Shown here in pieces: positions 1 through 10,345 of a stretch of DNA of 64,000 nucleotides. Source of the DNA: an uncultured delta proteobacterium (lineage in GTDB: Bacteria > Desulfobacterota > Binatia > JACPRU01); assembly GCA_963745025.1 (NCBI GenBank), contig CAVUWD010000005.1:1-64000 (forward strand). The letters run 5' to 3'. The notes below the pieces were generated by a model that was not told the DNA's origin, did not search any database, and saw only the letters and a list, made by a program, of their open reading frames with translations. Every line of letters starts with the position of its first letter. The first letter of the stretch is position 1. The position numbers were made by a program, and so were the translations under genes.

Positions 1-19
1 GAGGCGCCCTTCCGCGGGC

Positions 20-28
20 ATTATATCA
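20..28 (-). promoter_or_regulatory. Extended -10 promoter (TGATATAAT) firing leftward out of the window
   Basis: Minus strand reads cttgaTATAATgccc, a perfect TGnTATAAT in GC-rich DNA. Confidence 0.45.
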
Positions 29-32
29 AGTC

Positions 33-185
33 CGGCTCTTCCGCCGCTTGCACGCCTACGGCTTGATCGCCAAGATTCCGCACTCGCACGGCTGGCGCGT
101 CTCGCTCGCCGGCCGTCGCACCATGGCCGCCGCGCTCAAGTTACGCGAGGTCGCTTACCCGAGCCTTTACGCCGAGGCTGCCTGA
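33..185 (+). pseudogene. C-terminal remnant of a transposase-like winged-helix protein
   Basis: Frame reads RLFRRLHAYGLIAKIPHSHGWRVSLAGRRTMAAALKLREVAYPSLYAEAA*, recalling the RLRxHGLIAKIPxTxRxRxT C-termini of IS-associated proteins; no start codon. Confidence 0.4.
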
Positions 186-268
186 ACCCCCAGAGGATCT
201 TCGCAAAACGCATCTCGGCTGAGGTTTTCGCTTCGAGGCGGAGTCAGCGTCGCGCGTCCTGGGTTACG

Positions 269-889
269 CTACCGACAGTCGGCGAGCAGCCGCGCCACCG
301 CGGCCGCAGGATCCTCGGCCCCCATCACTTCACGGATGACGGCGACGCCGTGTGCGCCCGCCTGCAGCACCGCGGCCGCGTTTCCCACAGTGACGCCGCC
401 GACCGCGTACACGGGGATCGCGAAGCGGGTCACGGTGCGCAGCGCCTCGATCCCCTGCGGCGGCCCGAAGTCCGCCTTCGTCGGCGTCTCGTAGACCGGG
501 CCGAAGAGGACGAAGTCGCAGCCTTCCCGGAGAGCCCGCTCGACTTCGGCGGCGGAGTGCGTCGAGCGCGCGACGAGCTTCGTCGGCCCCACGAGGCGTC
601 GAGCGACGTCGGTCGGAAACGAGTCGGCGGGGAGCACGACGCCATCGGCGCCGGCGGCGAGCGCGACGTCGATCCGGTCGTTGACGAGCAGCCGGGCGCC
701 GACGCGTCGGCATTCGGCGACGAGCGCTTCGGCGAGCGCGAAGAGCGCGCCACCCTCGAGGTCTTTCTCGCGAAGCTGGACGAGTCGCGCGCCGGCCGCG
801 AGAGCCGCGCGCACGATCTCGACGAGCGGCCTGCCGCGGGTTGCCTGGCGATCGGTAATGGCGAGGAGCCGCGGGAGACCGCTACTCAA
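269..889 (-). CDS. thiE: Thiamine-phosphate synthase
   Basis: [28 protein letters not shown] and AVGG motifs; operon with thiG/thiS. Confidence 0.93.
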   Translation of the reverse strand: MSSGLPRLLAITDRQATRGRPLVEIVRAALAAGARLVQLREKDLEGGALFALAEALVAECRRVGARLLVNDRIDVALAAGADGVVLPADSFPTDVARRLVGPTKLVARSTHSAAEVERALREGCDFVLFGPVYETPTKADFGPPQGIEALRTVTRFAIPVYAVGGVTVGNAAAVLQAGAHGVAVIREVMGAEDPAAAVARLLADCR

Positions 890-1658
890 TCATCTGCTCG
901 AGCGGGCTCGAGGCGGTTGCGTAGAGCTTCTTGCCGATGCGGCCGGCTAGGAACGCCTTGCGTCCCGCCTCCACCGCCTGGCGCATCGCCTCGGCCATGA
1001 GGATGGGGTTCTTGGCGCCGGCGATCGCGGTGTTCATCAGCACCGCATCGCAGCCGAGCTCCAAGGCGATCGCCGCGTCGGAGGCCGTGCCGACGCCGGC
1101 ATCGACGATGACCGGGACCTGGATCTGCTCGAGTATGATCTGCAGATTGAACGGATTGCGAATGCCGAGCCCCGAGCCGATCGGCGCAGCCAGCGGCATC
1201 ACGGCCGCACAGCCCATCTCCTCGAGTCGCTTGCAGGCGATCGGGTCGTCCATGATGTAGGGGAGAACCGCGAAGCCTTCCTTGACGAGCACGCGGGCAG
1301 CCTCGAGGGTTGCCGAAACGTCGGGGAAAAGGGTCTTCGGATCGCCGATCACTTCGAGCTTCACGAGATTGCCCACGCCCGCTTCTCGCGCGAGGCGCGC
1401 GGTGCGGATCGCCTCTTCGGCCGTGTAGCAACCGGCGGTGTTTGGCAGGATCGTGTACTGCTTGGGGTCGATGTAATCGAGGAGGTTCTCCTGGCTGGTG
1501 TCCGTGATGTTGACACGGCGGACCGCCACGGTGACGATCTCGGCTCCGGAGGCCTCCACCGCGCGGCGTGTCTCCTCGAAGTCCTTGTACTTTCCGGTCC
1601 CGAGGATCAGCCGCGAGCCGTACTCCCGGCCGGCGAGAACGAATGGGTCGTTCAGCAT
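882..1658 (-). CDS. thiG: Thiazole synthase
   Basis: [46 protein letters not shown]. Confidence 0.98.
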   Translation of the reverse strand: MLNDPFVLAGREYGSRLILGTGKYKDFEETRRAVEASGAEIVTVAVRRVNITDTSQENLLDYIDPKQYTILPNTAGCYTAEEAIRTARLAREAGVGNLVKLEVIGDPKTLFPDVSATLEAARVLVKEGFAVLPYIMDDPIACKRLEEMGCAAVMPLAAPIGSGLGIRNPFNLQIILEQIQVPVIVDAGVGTASDAAIALELGCDAVLMNTAIAGAKNPILMAEAMRQAVEAGRKAFLAGRIGKKLYATASSPLEQMIE

Positions 1659-1666
1659 CTCGGAGC

Positions 1667-1867
1667 TCAGCCTCCACCGACGAATTGGACGATCTCGATC
1701 GTGTCCCCTTCGCGGATCGCCCGCGACGCATACTCGGCCGTCGGAACGATGTCGCGGTTCAGCTCGACGGCGACCCGCCGTCCGCCGAGTTTCAGCTCGG
1801 TGAGCAAATCGGCGATCGTCCTACCATCCTCGAGCGGGCGTTCTTCACCATTCAGGGTCACAATCAC
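1667..1867 (-). CDS. thiS: Sulfur carrier protein ThiS
   Basis: GTG start at 1867 ([10 protein letters not shown]), [10 protein letters not shown]-terminal FVGGG; ORF-track start 2059 is too long. Confidence 0.93.
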   Translation of the reverse strand: MIVTLNGEERPLEDGRTIADLLTELKLGGRRVAVELNRDIVPTAEYASRAIREGDTIEIVQFVGGG

Positions 1868-1956
1868 GAACCCCACTCCGTAACGCGATTTTGCTTTCTT
1901 TACAACGGCGGTTCGGTCTCGTAAAACCTCCGCGACTCTGTCCTCTGGATTGAAGA

Positions 1957-2038
1957 GGCTACCGGCCACCGGCTTCCGGCTACCGGCAAAGACGCAGGGA
2001 GTCTTTGCGGTAGCCGATAGTCGGTAGCCTGCAGCCGG
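1957..2038. repeat. Heptamer-unit palindromic intergenic element, copy 1
   Basis: (GGCTACC-like)x4 GGCAAAGAC loop GTCTTTGC (GGTAGCC-like)x4. Confidence 0.85.
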
Positions 2039-2051
2039 ATGTGGAGTCGCG

Positions 2052-3629
2052 ATGGCCAAAATTCAACGCGCGCTGATCTCCGTCAGCGACAAAACGGGTC
2101 TCGTCGATTTCGCCAAAACGCTCGCCGGCCTCGGGGTGGAGCTGCTCTCGACCGGCGGCACGGCGAAGCTATTGCGCGACGCGGGTCTCAGCGTCGTGCA
2201 GGTCTCCGACTACACCGGCCAGCCCGAGATCCTCGATGGCCGCGTGAAGACGCTTCATCCGAAGGTTCACGGCGGACTGCTCGCGATCCGCGACAACGCC
2301 GATCACCAGAAGCAGCTCGCCGCGCAGGGCTTCGGCACGATCGATCTGGTGGTCGTGAACCTCTACCCCTTCGAAGCGACGATCGCCAAGCCACAGGCCA
2401 CGTTCGCCGATGCGATCGAGAACATCGACATCGGCGGCCCGGCGATGATCCGCTCCGCGGCGAAGAACCATGCGTTCGTGACGGTGATCGTCGATCCCGC
2501 CGACTACTCGCGCGTGCTCGAGGAAATGCGCTCGAGCGGCGGCACGGTCTCGGCCGCGACCAAACGCGAGCTCGCCAAGAAGGTCTTTCGGACGACCGCG
2601 CACTACGACGGCGCGATCGCCGATTACCTCGGCTCACTCGACGGAGCGGATGGCGCGCGGCTGCGATTCGGCGAGACGCTCCATCTCGAGCTCGTCAAGG
2701 CGCAGGACCTCCGTTACGGCGAAAACCCGCACCAGCAGGCGGCCTTCTATCGCGACGCCGGCGACCTCGGCCCCGAGCCGTCGGTGGCCAAGGCGAAGCA
2801 GCTCCAGGGGAAGGAGCTTTCGTTCAACAACATCGTCGACGCCAACGCCGCGCTCGAGCTCGTGAAGGAGTTCCGCGAGACGGTCGCCGTCGCCATCAAG
2901 CACACGAACCCGTGTGGCGTGGCGACGTCGCAGGGATCGCTGGCGGACGCGTTTCGCAAGTGCCGCGCCTGTGATCCGGTGTCGATCTTCGGCGGCATCG
3001 TCGGCAGCAATCGCGAGGTCGACGGCGAGGCGGCCGAGGAAATGAAGGACATCTTCCTCGAGGTCGTCATCGCCCCGTCGTTCAGCGCCGATGCGCGGAA
3101 GATCTTCTCGGCCAAGAAGAACGTGCGTCTGCTCGAGGTGCCGTTCGCCGAGTACCGGCCGACCGGCCTCGACATGAAGAAGGTCGTCGGCGGCATGCTG
3201 GTGCAGGACCGCGATCTCGGCGCGCTCGACATGCGCGAGTGCAAGGTGCTCTCGAAGCGAAAGCCGACCGACGCCGAGCTTCGCGCGCTCGGCTTCGCCT
3301 GGAAGGTCTGCAAGCACGCCAAGTCGAACACCATCGTGCTGGCACGCGAGGACTCCGTCGTCGGCGTCGGCGCCGGGCAGATGAGCCGCGTCGACTCCGC
3401 GCGCTTGGCCGTGATGCGAGCGCAGACGCACCAACTCTCGACCGCGGGTACGGTCGTCGCCTCGGATGCCTTTTTCCCGTTTCCCGACGCGCTCGAGGTC
3501 TGTGCCGAGGCCGGTGCCACCGCGGTCGCGCACCCTGGCGGCAGCATCCGCGATCCGGAAGTCGTCGAAGCGGCGGACAATCACGGCATGGCGATGGTGC
3601 TGACCGGGATGAGGCACTTCCGACATTGA
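2052..3629 (+). CDS. purH: Bifunctional AICAR transformylase/IMP cyclohydrolase
   Basis: [48 protein letters not shown]. Confidence 0.99.
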   Translation: MAKIQRALISVSDKTGLVDFAKTLAGLGVELLSTGGTAKLLRDAGLSVVQVSDYTGQPEILDGRVKTLHPKVHGGLLAIRDNADHQKQLAAQGFGTIDLVVVNLYPFEATIAKPQATFADAIENIDIGGPAMIRSAAKNHAFVTVIVDPADYSRVLEEMRSSGGTVSAATKRELAKKVFRTTAHYDGAIADYLGSLDGADGARLRFGETLHLELVKAQDLRYGENPHQQAAFYRDAGDLGPEPSVAKAKQLQGKELSFNNIVDANAALELVKEFRETVAVAIKHTNPCGVATSQGSLADAFRKCRACDPVSIFGGIVGSNREVDGEAAEEMKDIFLEVVIAPSFSADARKIFSAKKNVRLLEVPFAEYRPTGLDMKKVVGGMLVQDRDLGALDMRECKVLSKRKPTDAELRALGFAWKVCKHAKSNTIVLAREDSVVGVGAGQMSRVDSARLAVMRAQTHQLSTAGTVVASDAFFPFPDALEVCAEAGATAVAHPGGSIRDPEVVEAADNHGMAMVLTGMRHFRH

Positions 3630-3635
3630 GAGAAC

Positions 3636-3702
3636 GGCTACAGGCTACCGGCAAAGACGCCGGGGGCCTCTTGCGGTAGTCGGTAGTCGGTAGCCGGTAG
3701 CC
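3636..3702. repeat. Heptamer-unit palindromic intergenic element, copy 2
   Basis: GGCTACA GGCTACC GGCAAAGAC..CTCTTGC GGTAGTC GGTAGTC GGTAGCC GGTAGCC. Confidence 0.85.
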
Positions 3703-3705
3703 TTC

Positions 3706-4986
3706 ATGAAGATCCTCGTCATAGGTTCCGGCGGTCGCGAGCACGCGCTCTGCTGGAAGATCCGCCAGAACCCGCACGTGCGCGAGCTCTACTGCGCGCC
3801 GGGCAACGGTGGCATCGCCGACGTGGCGCGATGCGTGCCGATCGCGGCCGACGATACAGCCGGTATCACGAGCTTCGCGCTCGAGAAAAACATCGACCTC
3901 ACGGTAGTGGGACCGGAGCTGCCGCTCACACTCGGACTGGTCGACGAGCTCGAGAAGCGCGGCCTTCCCGCTTTCGGTCCGCGCCGCGACGGTGCGAGGC
4001 TCGAGGGGAGCAAGGCCTTCGCCAAGGAGCTCCTCGAGCAATGTCGTGTTCCGACGGCTGCATTCGGCGTCTTCTCCGACGTCGAGGCCGCTCGCGCCTT
4101 CGTGCGGGCGACTGGCACGCCGATCGTCGTCAAGGCGGATGGGCTCGCCGCGGGGAAAGGCGTTACCATCTGCACGAACGAAGCCGAGGCATTCGCGGCC
4201 ATCGATCAGAGCCTGCGCGAGCGAGCCTTTGGTGAAGCAGGCGCGTCGGTGGTGATCGAGGAGTTTCTCGAGGGAGAAGAAGCGTCGTTTCTGGCGCTCA
4301 CCGACGGGGAGACGGTGCTGCCGCTCGCGTCCTCGCAGGATCACAAGCGAATCCTCGATGGCGATCGGGGACCGAACACGGGGGGCATGGGCGCCTACTC
4401 GCCCGCGCCCGTCGTCACCCAGGCCGTCCACGATCGCGTGATGCGCAAGGTGCTCGCGCCCGTGGTTGCGGGTCTGAAGGGGCGGGGCATCCGGTACCAA
4501 GGCGTCCTCTATGCCGGGTTGATGATTCGCGGCGACGAGCCGAGGGTCCTCGAGTTCAACGTGCGCTTCGGTGACCCCGAGTGTCAGGCGTTGCTCGTGC
4601 GGCTCGAGACCGACATCGTGGAGCTGATGATGGCCGTCGTCGAGCGTCGCCTCGCCGCTCAGCGTATTCACTGGGACGCGCGGCCCGCGGTCTGCGTCGT
4701 GCTCGCCGCAGAGGGCTATCCAGGGGAGGTGGCCAGGGGCGACGAGATCTCCGGCCTCGATGGGCTGCGGGGCTGGCCGGACGGCGTGGTGTTCCACGCC
4801 GGCACCGCTCGCCGCGATGGCAGGATCGTGACCGCTGGTGGCAGGGTCCTCGGCGTGACGGCCCTCGGGGCGACGCTGCGAGAGGCGATCGATCACGCCT
4901 ACACGGCCGTCGGCAAGATCCGCTGGCGCGGCATGCACTGCCGCCGCGACATCGGCAGGCGTGCACTGGAGAAAGGAGACTCGTGA
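3706..4986 (+). CDS. purD: Phosphoribosylamine-glycine ligase
   Basis: [43 protein letters not shown]. Confidence 0.99.
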   Translation: MKILVIGSGGREHALCWKIRQNPHVRELYCAPGNGGIADVARCVPIAADDTAGITSFALEKNIDLTVVGPELPLTLGLVDELEKRGLPAFGPRRDGARLEGSKAFAKELLEQCRVPTAAFGVFSDVEAARAFVRATGTPIVVKADGLAAGKGVTICTNEAEAFAAIDQSLRERAFGEAGASVVIEEFLEGEEASFLALTDGETVLPLASSQDHKRILDGDRGPNTGGMGAYSPAPVVTQAVHDRVMRKVLAPVVAGLKGRGIRYQGVLYAGLMIRGDEPRVLEFNVRFGDPECQALLVRLETDIVELMMAVVERRLAAQRIHWDARPAVCVVLAAEGYPGEVARGDEISGLDGLRGWPDGVVFHAGTARRDGRIVTAGGRVLGVTALGATLREAIDHAYTAVGKIRWRGMHCRRDIGRRALEKGDS

Positions 4987-5495
4987 AGCCGAAGAGCCAG
5001 GTGGCGATTCTGATGGGTAGCGACAGCGACTGGGAGGTCATGTCGATCGCGGCGAAGCGGCTCGAGGCGTTCGGCCTCGGTTGCGAGGTTCACGTGCTCT
5101 CCGCGCACCGGACTCCGCGACGCACGGCCGCGTATGCCGCCGGCGCCCCGGGCCGCGGCATCAAGGTCTTCATCTGCGGCGCGGGTGGCGCCGCGCACCT
5201 CGCCGGGGCCGTGGCCGCGCAGACGACTCTTCCCGTGATCGGCGTGCCGCTCGACGCCTCGAGCCTACAGGGGCTCGACGCGCTGCTCGCGACCGTACAA
5301 ATGCCCAGAGGGGTTCCCGTCGCCACGGTGGCCGTCGGCGCCGCGGGTGCCGAGAACGCGGCGATCCTCGCGGCGCAGATCTTGGCGCTCTCCGATGCGA
5401 AGCTCGCCGACAAGCTCGCCGCATTCAAAGAGGAGCTCGAGCAAAGGGCGGTCGCCGCCGACCAAAAGCTTCAGAGGTCGCGCACGAGTGGATGA
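4983..5495 (+). CDS. purE: N5-CAIR mutase
   Basis: GTG start overlapping purD stop; [30 protein letters not shown]. Confidence 0.97.
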   Translation: MKPKSQVAILMGSDSDWEVMSIAAKRLEAFGLGCEVHVLSAHRTPRRTAAYAAGAPGRGIKVFICGAGGAAHLAGAVAAQTTLPVIGVPLDASSLQGLDALLATVQMPRGVPVATVAVGAAGAENAAILAAQILALSDAKLADKLAAFKEELEQRAVAADQKLQRSRTSG

Positions 5496-6099
5496 CGTCG
5501 AGCGCGCCGTGGCGGTGCTCGAGCGCGGCGGCGTGATCGTGTACCCGACCGAGACGGTCTACGGCCTCGGCGTTGACGCTGCCGCGGAAGCGGCGCTCGC
5601 GCGGCTCGGCTCCTTGAAAGGCCGCGACCGCGGCAAGCCGATCTCGGTGCTCGTCGCCTCGCGCGCGATGCTCGACGAGATCGTGGACGCGGTCACGGGC
5701 GTCGCCGAGCGGCTCATCGAGAGATTCTGGCCCGGCGCTCTCACGCTGGCCTTTGCAGCGAAGCCGCATGCCTCGAGCGCACTCACCGGCGGGGGAAGGA
5801 CGATCGCGGCGCGAATCTCGAGCGAGCCGATCGCTCAAGCGATCGTCGAGCGCTTGCGGCGGCCGCTGACGGCCACCAGCGCCAATCCGGGAGGCGCGCC
5901 CGCGGCGGTCGACGTCGCCGCGGCGCGAGCGTATTTCGGGCCGCGCGTCGATGTCTACGTCGACGGCGGACGCGCCCTCGGCGGCGCCGGCTCGACGGTC
6001 GTCGATTGCTCGACGGACGTCCCGAGGCTCGTCCGCGAAGGGGCGATTCCGCTCGCCGTCATCGAGGCGGTGGCGGGGATGCGCGTGCGGCGGGAATGA
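5488..6099 (+). CDS. tsaC: L-threonylcarbamoyladenylate synthase (Sua5/YrdC)
   Basis: [32 protein letters not shown]; start inferred at GTG 5488. Confidence 0.92.
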   Translation: MDDVERAVAVLERGGVIVYPTETVYGLGVDAAAEAALARLGSLKGRDRGKPISVLVASRAMLDEIVDAVTGVAERLIERFWPGALTLAFAAKPHASSALTGGGRTIAARISSEPIAQAIVERLRRPLTATSANPGGAPAAVDVAAARAYFGPRVDVYVDGGRALGGAGSTVVDCSTDVPRLVREGAIPLAVIEAVAGMRVRRE

Positions 6100-6116
6100 G
6101 ATAGCTTCGTAAGCGC

Positions 6117-7412
6117 ATGCCCGCCGTCCGGCCGTTTCGCGGCATCCTCTACGATGCGGCTATCGTCGGCCCGATCGCGTCGGTCGTGGCGCCTCCCTAC
6201 GACGTCGTCGGGCGTGAAGAGCAGAATCGTCTCTACGAGGCGAGCCCCTTCAACGTGATTCGGCTCGATCTCTCTCGGGAGAGCGATCGCTATGGTAGCG
6301 CGAGCCGCACCTTCGCTCAGTGGCGCGCGCAGGGTGCGCTCGCGCGTGACCGGGACCCAGCGTTCTACGTCTACGCGCAGCGCCACCGCCTGAAGAGCGG
6401 CGAGGCGCACGAGCGCTTCGGTTTTTTCACGCGCCTGCACCTCGAGGAGCTCACTTCGGGAAACGTCTTGCCGCACGAAAAGACGCTGGCGTCGCCGAAG
6501 GCCGATCGCCTCGCGCTCCAACGCGCCTGCCGCGCGAACCTGAGCGCGATCTTCGGCCTCTATTCTTCGCCCGGCTTCTCGCTCGCCGAAGCCGCACGCG
6601 CTGCGCTCGGGGCTCCGCCCTGGACCGATTTCACGGATGCCGCCGCTGTGCGGCATCGGCTCTGGCGGCTCACCGACGGAGCGATGCAGCGCACGCTCGA
6701 GTCCCAGCTCGAGGCGCGAACGGTCTACATCGCCGACGGTCATCACCGCTACGAGACCGCGCTCCGCTACCGCGGCGAGATGCGCGGAGAGACGGGCCGC
6801 CGAGGCGGGGAGGAGCCCTTCGACTACGTTCTCGCGTATCTCGTCAACATGGATGAGCCGGGGCTCGTCGTGCTGCCGACGCACCGCCTGCTGCGGGAAC
6901 TGCCGATCGCTGCGCGGCCGCTCGTTGAGCGCCTGCGCAGCCGCTTCCGCGTCGAAGAGGTTCCGCGCTCCGCCGGCCGGAGCGCATTCGTCGCCCGCCT
7001 GCGCTGCGGCGCGGGCGAGCGCCGGATCGGCGTGGTGCTCCGCGGGGAGGATCGGTTCTTCGTCCTCGCGACGCGCGACGGCGAGAACGACGAGCGGCTC
7101 GCCGGCTCGACCGCCCTCCGCCGCCTCGACGTGACCCTGCTGCATGGCCTCGTGCTCGAGGGGCCCGGCAGCATTCTCGCGCTCGACGCGCACCACGAGG
7201 CGGAGGCCGGACGCCTCGTCTATTCGAAAGACGAGGACGAGGCCGTCGCCCGCGTCGAGTCGGGAGAGTTTGCCGCCTCGTTTCTGCTCAACGCCACCGG
7301 CGTCGACGAGGTGCGCGCCGTCTCGGAGGCGGGCGAGACGATGCCCGAGAAGTCGACGTACTTTTATCCGAAAGTCGCCACTGGATTGGTGTTCAATAGT
7401 CTTGAGGATTGA
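6117..7412 (+). CDS. DUF1015 family protein
   Basis: RPFRG, APPYDV, PHEKT, IADGHHRYETA, MPEKSTYFYPK. Confidence 0.9.
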   Translation: MPAVRPFRGILYDAAIVGPIASVVAPPYDVVGREEQNRLYEASPFNVIRLDLSRESDRYGSASRTFAQWRAQGALARDRDPAFYVYAQRHRLKSGEAHERFGFFTRLHLEELTSGNVLPHEKTLASPKADRLALQRACRANLSAIFGLYSSPGFSLAEAARAALGAPPWTDFTDAAAVRHRLWRLTDGAMQRTLESQLEARTVYIADGHHRYETALRYRGEMRGETGRRGGEEPFDYVLAYLVNMDEPGLVVLPTHRLLRELPIAARPLVERLRSRFRVEEVPRSAGRSAFVARLRCGAGERRIGVVLRGEDRFFVLATRDGENDERLAGSTALRRLDVTLLHGLVLEGPGSILALDAHHEAEAGRLVYSKDEDEAVARVESGEFAASFLLNATGVDEVRAVSEAGETMPEKSTYFYPKVATGLVFNSLED

Positions 7413-7420
7413 AAGAATGG

Positions 7421-7481
7421 GACTACCGGCTACCGGAAGGACATCGTGATATCTTTGCCGGAAGCCGGAAGCCGGTAGCCG
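7421..7481. repeat. Heptamer-unit palindromic intergenic element, copy 3
   Basis: GACTACC GGCTACC GGAAGGAC..ATCTTTGCC GGAAGCC GGAAGCC GGTAGCC. Confidence 0.8.
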
Positions 7482-7489
7482 TCCTTCCC

Positions 7490-8932
7490 ATGCAGCCTCG
7501 CGTCGTCGCGCTCGCACCGATGCCCCCCGAGAAGGCGGCCTACGCGCTCGCCCGCTACAGTCGCTCGCCCGATTCGATCGAAGCGAGCTTGCGCTGGGTG
7601 TTCGACCACTCCGCGGGAAAATTCTGGGAGCAGTTCTACTTCGAGTACGGTCATGCCTCGATCGCCGACCTCGGCCACGTTGTCGTCTGCTTCGAGAACA
7701 TCTCGGAGCTCGCCGCCATCCATGTCGAGGACGAGCGCCTGTGGGACGGACAGGCGAAGTCGAGCCGCTATCAAGACTTCGCGAAGCTCGGCTACCACGT
7801 GCCGGGGGAGGTGGGCGAAGCGGACGTCGCAGCGTTCCGAGCCGCGGCCGACGGCTTGTTCGCGGCGTACCGCGAGCTGCTTCCACCGATCGAGGCCTTG
7901 CTCCGCAGCCGCAATCCCCGGCCCGCGGAGATGAAGGAAGCGGTCTACGCGCGCAACGTCGCGGCGCGCGCCTTCGACGTCGTCCGCTACGTGCTGCCGC
8001 TCGCCGTGCCGACCAACGTCGGCGAAGTCGCGAGCATCCGTACGCTCGAAAAGCAGATCGGGCACCTGCTCGCCGCTCCGTACGCGGAGGTGCGTGCCGT
8101 CGGGGAGCAGCTCAAGGCGGCTTGCGAGGAACCTCCGCTCGACGTCTGGGGCGAGCTCGGCGGCTCCGTCGCCGGCGTTGCGGTGGAGCCGCTCGCGCCG
8201 ACGCTCGCACGCCATGCCCGCCCCAACGAGTACTGGCGGAAGGCGTATGCCGCGCTCGCCCAGATCGCCGCGGAGGAGCTCCGGCTGGGGGAGCCCGCGC
8301 CCGCGCCGCTCGTCGACCTCGTTCCCGAGCACCCGCTGGAGATCGAGCTCGCCGCCACGCTCCTCTATCGCGCGAGCCACTATCCGTACCGGCAGATTCT
8401 CGCGGCGGTCTCGGAATGGAGCGAAGCGAAGCGGCGAGAGGTCGTCGCGGCGGCGCTCGCCGATCGCGGGCGCGACGAGCTCCTGCCCGAGCTTCAGGGC
8501 GGCTATCGGCTGATCTTCGACGTGTTGATGGACGTCGGCGGCTGGCGCGACATGCATCGCCATCGACGCTGCCAGCAGGTGCGACAGGCGTTCACGTTCG
8601 CACATGGCTACGAGGTGCCGTCGCTTCTCGCCGAGGCGGGGGTCGAGAGTGTGTACCGCTCCGCCATGGACGTGGCCGCAGCCGCGGCGCACCGCCTCGA
8701 ACCCGACGCCGCCGCGTATCTCCTGCCGTTCGGCCATCGCGTGCGGTGCCTTTTCAAGATGGATTACGCCGAGGTCGAGTACGTGTCGCGGTTGCGCTCC
8801 GGGGTGAAGGGACATTTCTCGTATCGCCGGGTTGCGTGGGAGATGAAGCAGGTGCTCGCCAAGCGCCATCCCTTTCTCGCGGAGGCGATCGAGGCGACGC
8901 CCCCCTGGATCGAGGAGTCGCTCAAACGATGA
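7490..8932 (+). CDS. thyX: Tandem-domain FAD-dependent thymidylate synthase (ThyX/Thy1-like)
   Basis: ALARYSRS, YGHASIADL, KSSRY, RDMHRHR; ATG 7490 preferred because the TTG 7409 start reads through the repeat element. Confidence 0.8.
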   Translation: MQPRVVALAPMPPEKAAYALARYSRSPDSIEASLRWVFDHSAGKFWEQFYFEYGHASIADLGHVVVCFENISELAAIHVEDERLWDGQAKSSRYQDFAKLGYHVPGEVGEADVAAFRAAADGLFAAYRELLPPIEALLRSRNPRPAEMKEAVYARNVAARAFDVVRYVLPLAVPTNVGEVASIRTLEKQIGHLLAAPYAEVRAVGEQLKAACEEPPLDVWGELGGSVAGVAVEPLAPTLARHARPNEYWRKAYAALAQIAAEELRLGEPAPAPLVDLVPEHPLEIELAATLLYRASHYPYRQILAAVSEWSEAKRREVVAAALADRGRDELLPELQGGYRLIFDVLMDVGGWRDMHRHRRCQQVRQAFTFAHGYEVPSLLAEAGVESVYRSAMDVAAAAAHRLEPDAAAYLLPFGHRVRCLFKMDYAEVEYVSRLRSGVKGHFSYRRVAWEMKQVLAKRHPFLAEAIEATPPWIEESLKR

Positions 8933-8981
8933 GCGATGAGCGTGCGTCACGAATCGCGCCCGTCGGGCGCGATCAAAGGGG

Positions 8982-9356
8982 ATGAACATCCTACCGGGCG
9001 AGCCCTTCGAGCGGGGCGTGGCGCTCTTCAATCGCCGCGTCTATTTCGAATCGCACGAGGTCTGGGAAGAGCTCTGGAGCGTCGCCGAAGATCGTGAGAA
9101 GAAGTTCATCGCCGCGCTGATCCAGATGGCGGCGGCGTTGCATCTGCGCTTCGAACGAGGAGGCGGCCGCGGTACGCGCAATCTGCTCGTGCAGGCGCTC
9201 ACCGCGCTCGAAGATTATCGTCCGAGCTACCACGGCGTCGACGTCGAGCGCCTCTACTCTGAGCTCACCACCTACACGGAGCGCGTCGAGGAGCGAAAGG
9301 AGAGCGAGGCGGGCTGGCTCGACCGCTGGCTCGCGCCGAAAATCCGCCTCCTCTGA
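8982..9356 (+). CDS. DUF309 domain protein
   Basis: GVALFNRRVYFESHEVWEELW..LIQMAAALH. Confidence 0.85.
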   Translation: MNILPGEPFERGVALFNRRVYFESHEVWEELWSVAEDREKKFIAALIQMAAALHLRFERGGGRGTRNLLVQALTALEDYRPSYHGVDVERLYSELTTYTERVEERKESEAGWLDRWLAPKIRLL

Positions 9357-9362
9357 GCTCGT

Positions 9363-9378
9363 TGGCACGCGGCTCGCT
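9363..9378 (+). promoter_or_regulatory. Possible sigma-54 (-24/-12) promoter
   Basis: TGGCACGCGGCTCGCT: GG-N10-GC, one mismatch to TGGCACGNNNNTTGCW. Confidence 0.4.
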
Positions 9379-9433
9379 AAGTTTGCCGATCGCCCGATTC
9401 GACAGCCAACCGCGAATCGGTGATCATGCCCGC

Positions 9434-10309
9434 GTGGAGATCACCGAGGAAGAAGTACGGCAGGGGCTCCGCCGCGCACGTTACGTCACGACCAATCGCG
9501 TCGAGACCGCGGTCTACGTGGCCTTGGTCCTCGAGAAGCCGCTGCTCGTCGAGGGTCCGGCCGGCGCCGGCAAGACCGAGCTCGCCAAGGTCCTCGCCGA
9601 GATGCTCTCGACGGATCTCGTTCGGCTGCAGTGCTACGAGGGGCTCGACGAGGCGCGCGCTCTCTACGAGTGGAACTACCAGAAGCAGCTGCTCCGCTTG
9701 CAGGCCGACCGCACGGGTGCTTCGTGGGAAGCGCTGTCGAAGGACATCTTCTCGCGCGAGTACCTGCTCGAGCGACCGCTGCTGCTCGCGATCACCGCGC
9801 CGCGGCGGGTGGTGCTGCTGATCGACGAGGTCGACAAGTCCGACGAGGAGTTCGAAGCGTTTCTCCTCGAGGTGTTGTCGGATTTCCAGGTGACGGTGCC
9901 TGAGCTCGGCACGATTCCGGCGCGCCACCGGCCGGTCGTCGTTCTGACCTCGAACTGTACGCGAGAGCTGTCCGAAGCGCTGAAGCGGCGCTGCCTGCAC
10001 CTCTACATCGACTTCCCGGGCGTCGAGAAGGAAGCCGAGATCCTGGCTCTGAAGGTTCCCGAGGCCGACGAGCGCCTGCGCGGCGAGGTCGCTCGCTTCG
10101 TGAACCGCCTGCGCAAGCTCGATCTCAAGAAATCTCCTTCGATCGCCGAGACGCTCGACTGGTGCCGCGCGCTGCTCGCGCTCGGCGTCACGGGGCTCGA
10201 CCCGCCGGCCGTGCGCCGCACGCTGAGCCTGCTCCTCAAGCACGAAGAGGACGTACGCAAGGCGGAGCCCAAGGTCGCGGCGCTCGCGCGCGAAGCGGCG
10301 GGCTCCTGA
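9434..10309 (+). CDS. MoxR/CoxD-family AAA+ ATPase
   Basis: EGPAGAGKT, RLQCYEG, LYEWNY, LLIDEVDK, LSEALKRRC; start uncertain (ORF open from 9362). Confidence 0.92.
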   Translation: MEITEEEVRQGLRRARYVTTNRVETAVYVALVLEKPLLVEGPAGAGKTELAKVLAEMLSTDLVRLQCYEGLDEARALYEWNYQKQLLRLQADRTGASWEALSKDIFSREYLLERPLLLAITAPRRVVLLIDEVDKSDEEFEAFLLEVLSDFQVTVPELGTIPARHRPVVVLTSNCTRELSEALKRRCLHLYIDFPGVEKEAEILALKVPEADERLRGEVARFVNRLRKLDLKKSPSIAETLDWCRALLALGVTGLDPPAVRRTLSLLLKHEEDVRKAEPKVAALAREAAGS

Positions 10310-10345
10310 GGCTCGGGGGGCCGAGGCCGATCCGCAGCGACCGAC

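Noticed and set aside
1868-2050. TPP riboswitch upstream of thiSGE
   Set aside because: No CUGAGA or other THI-box core seen; much of the interval is a heptamer palindrome
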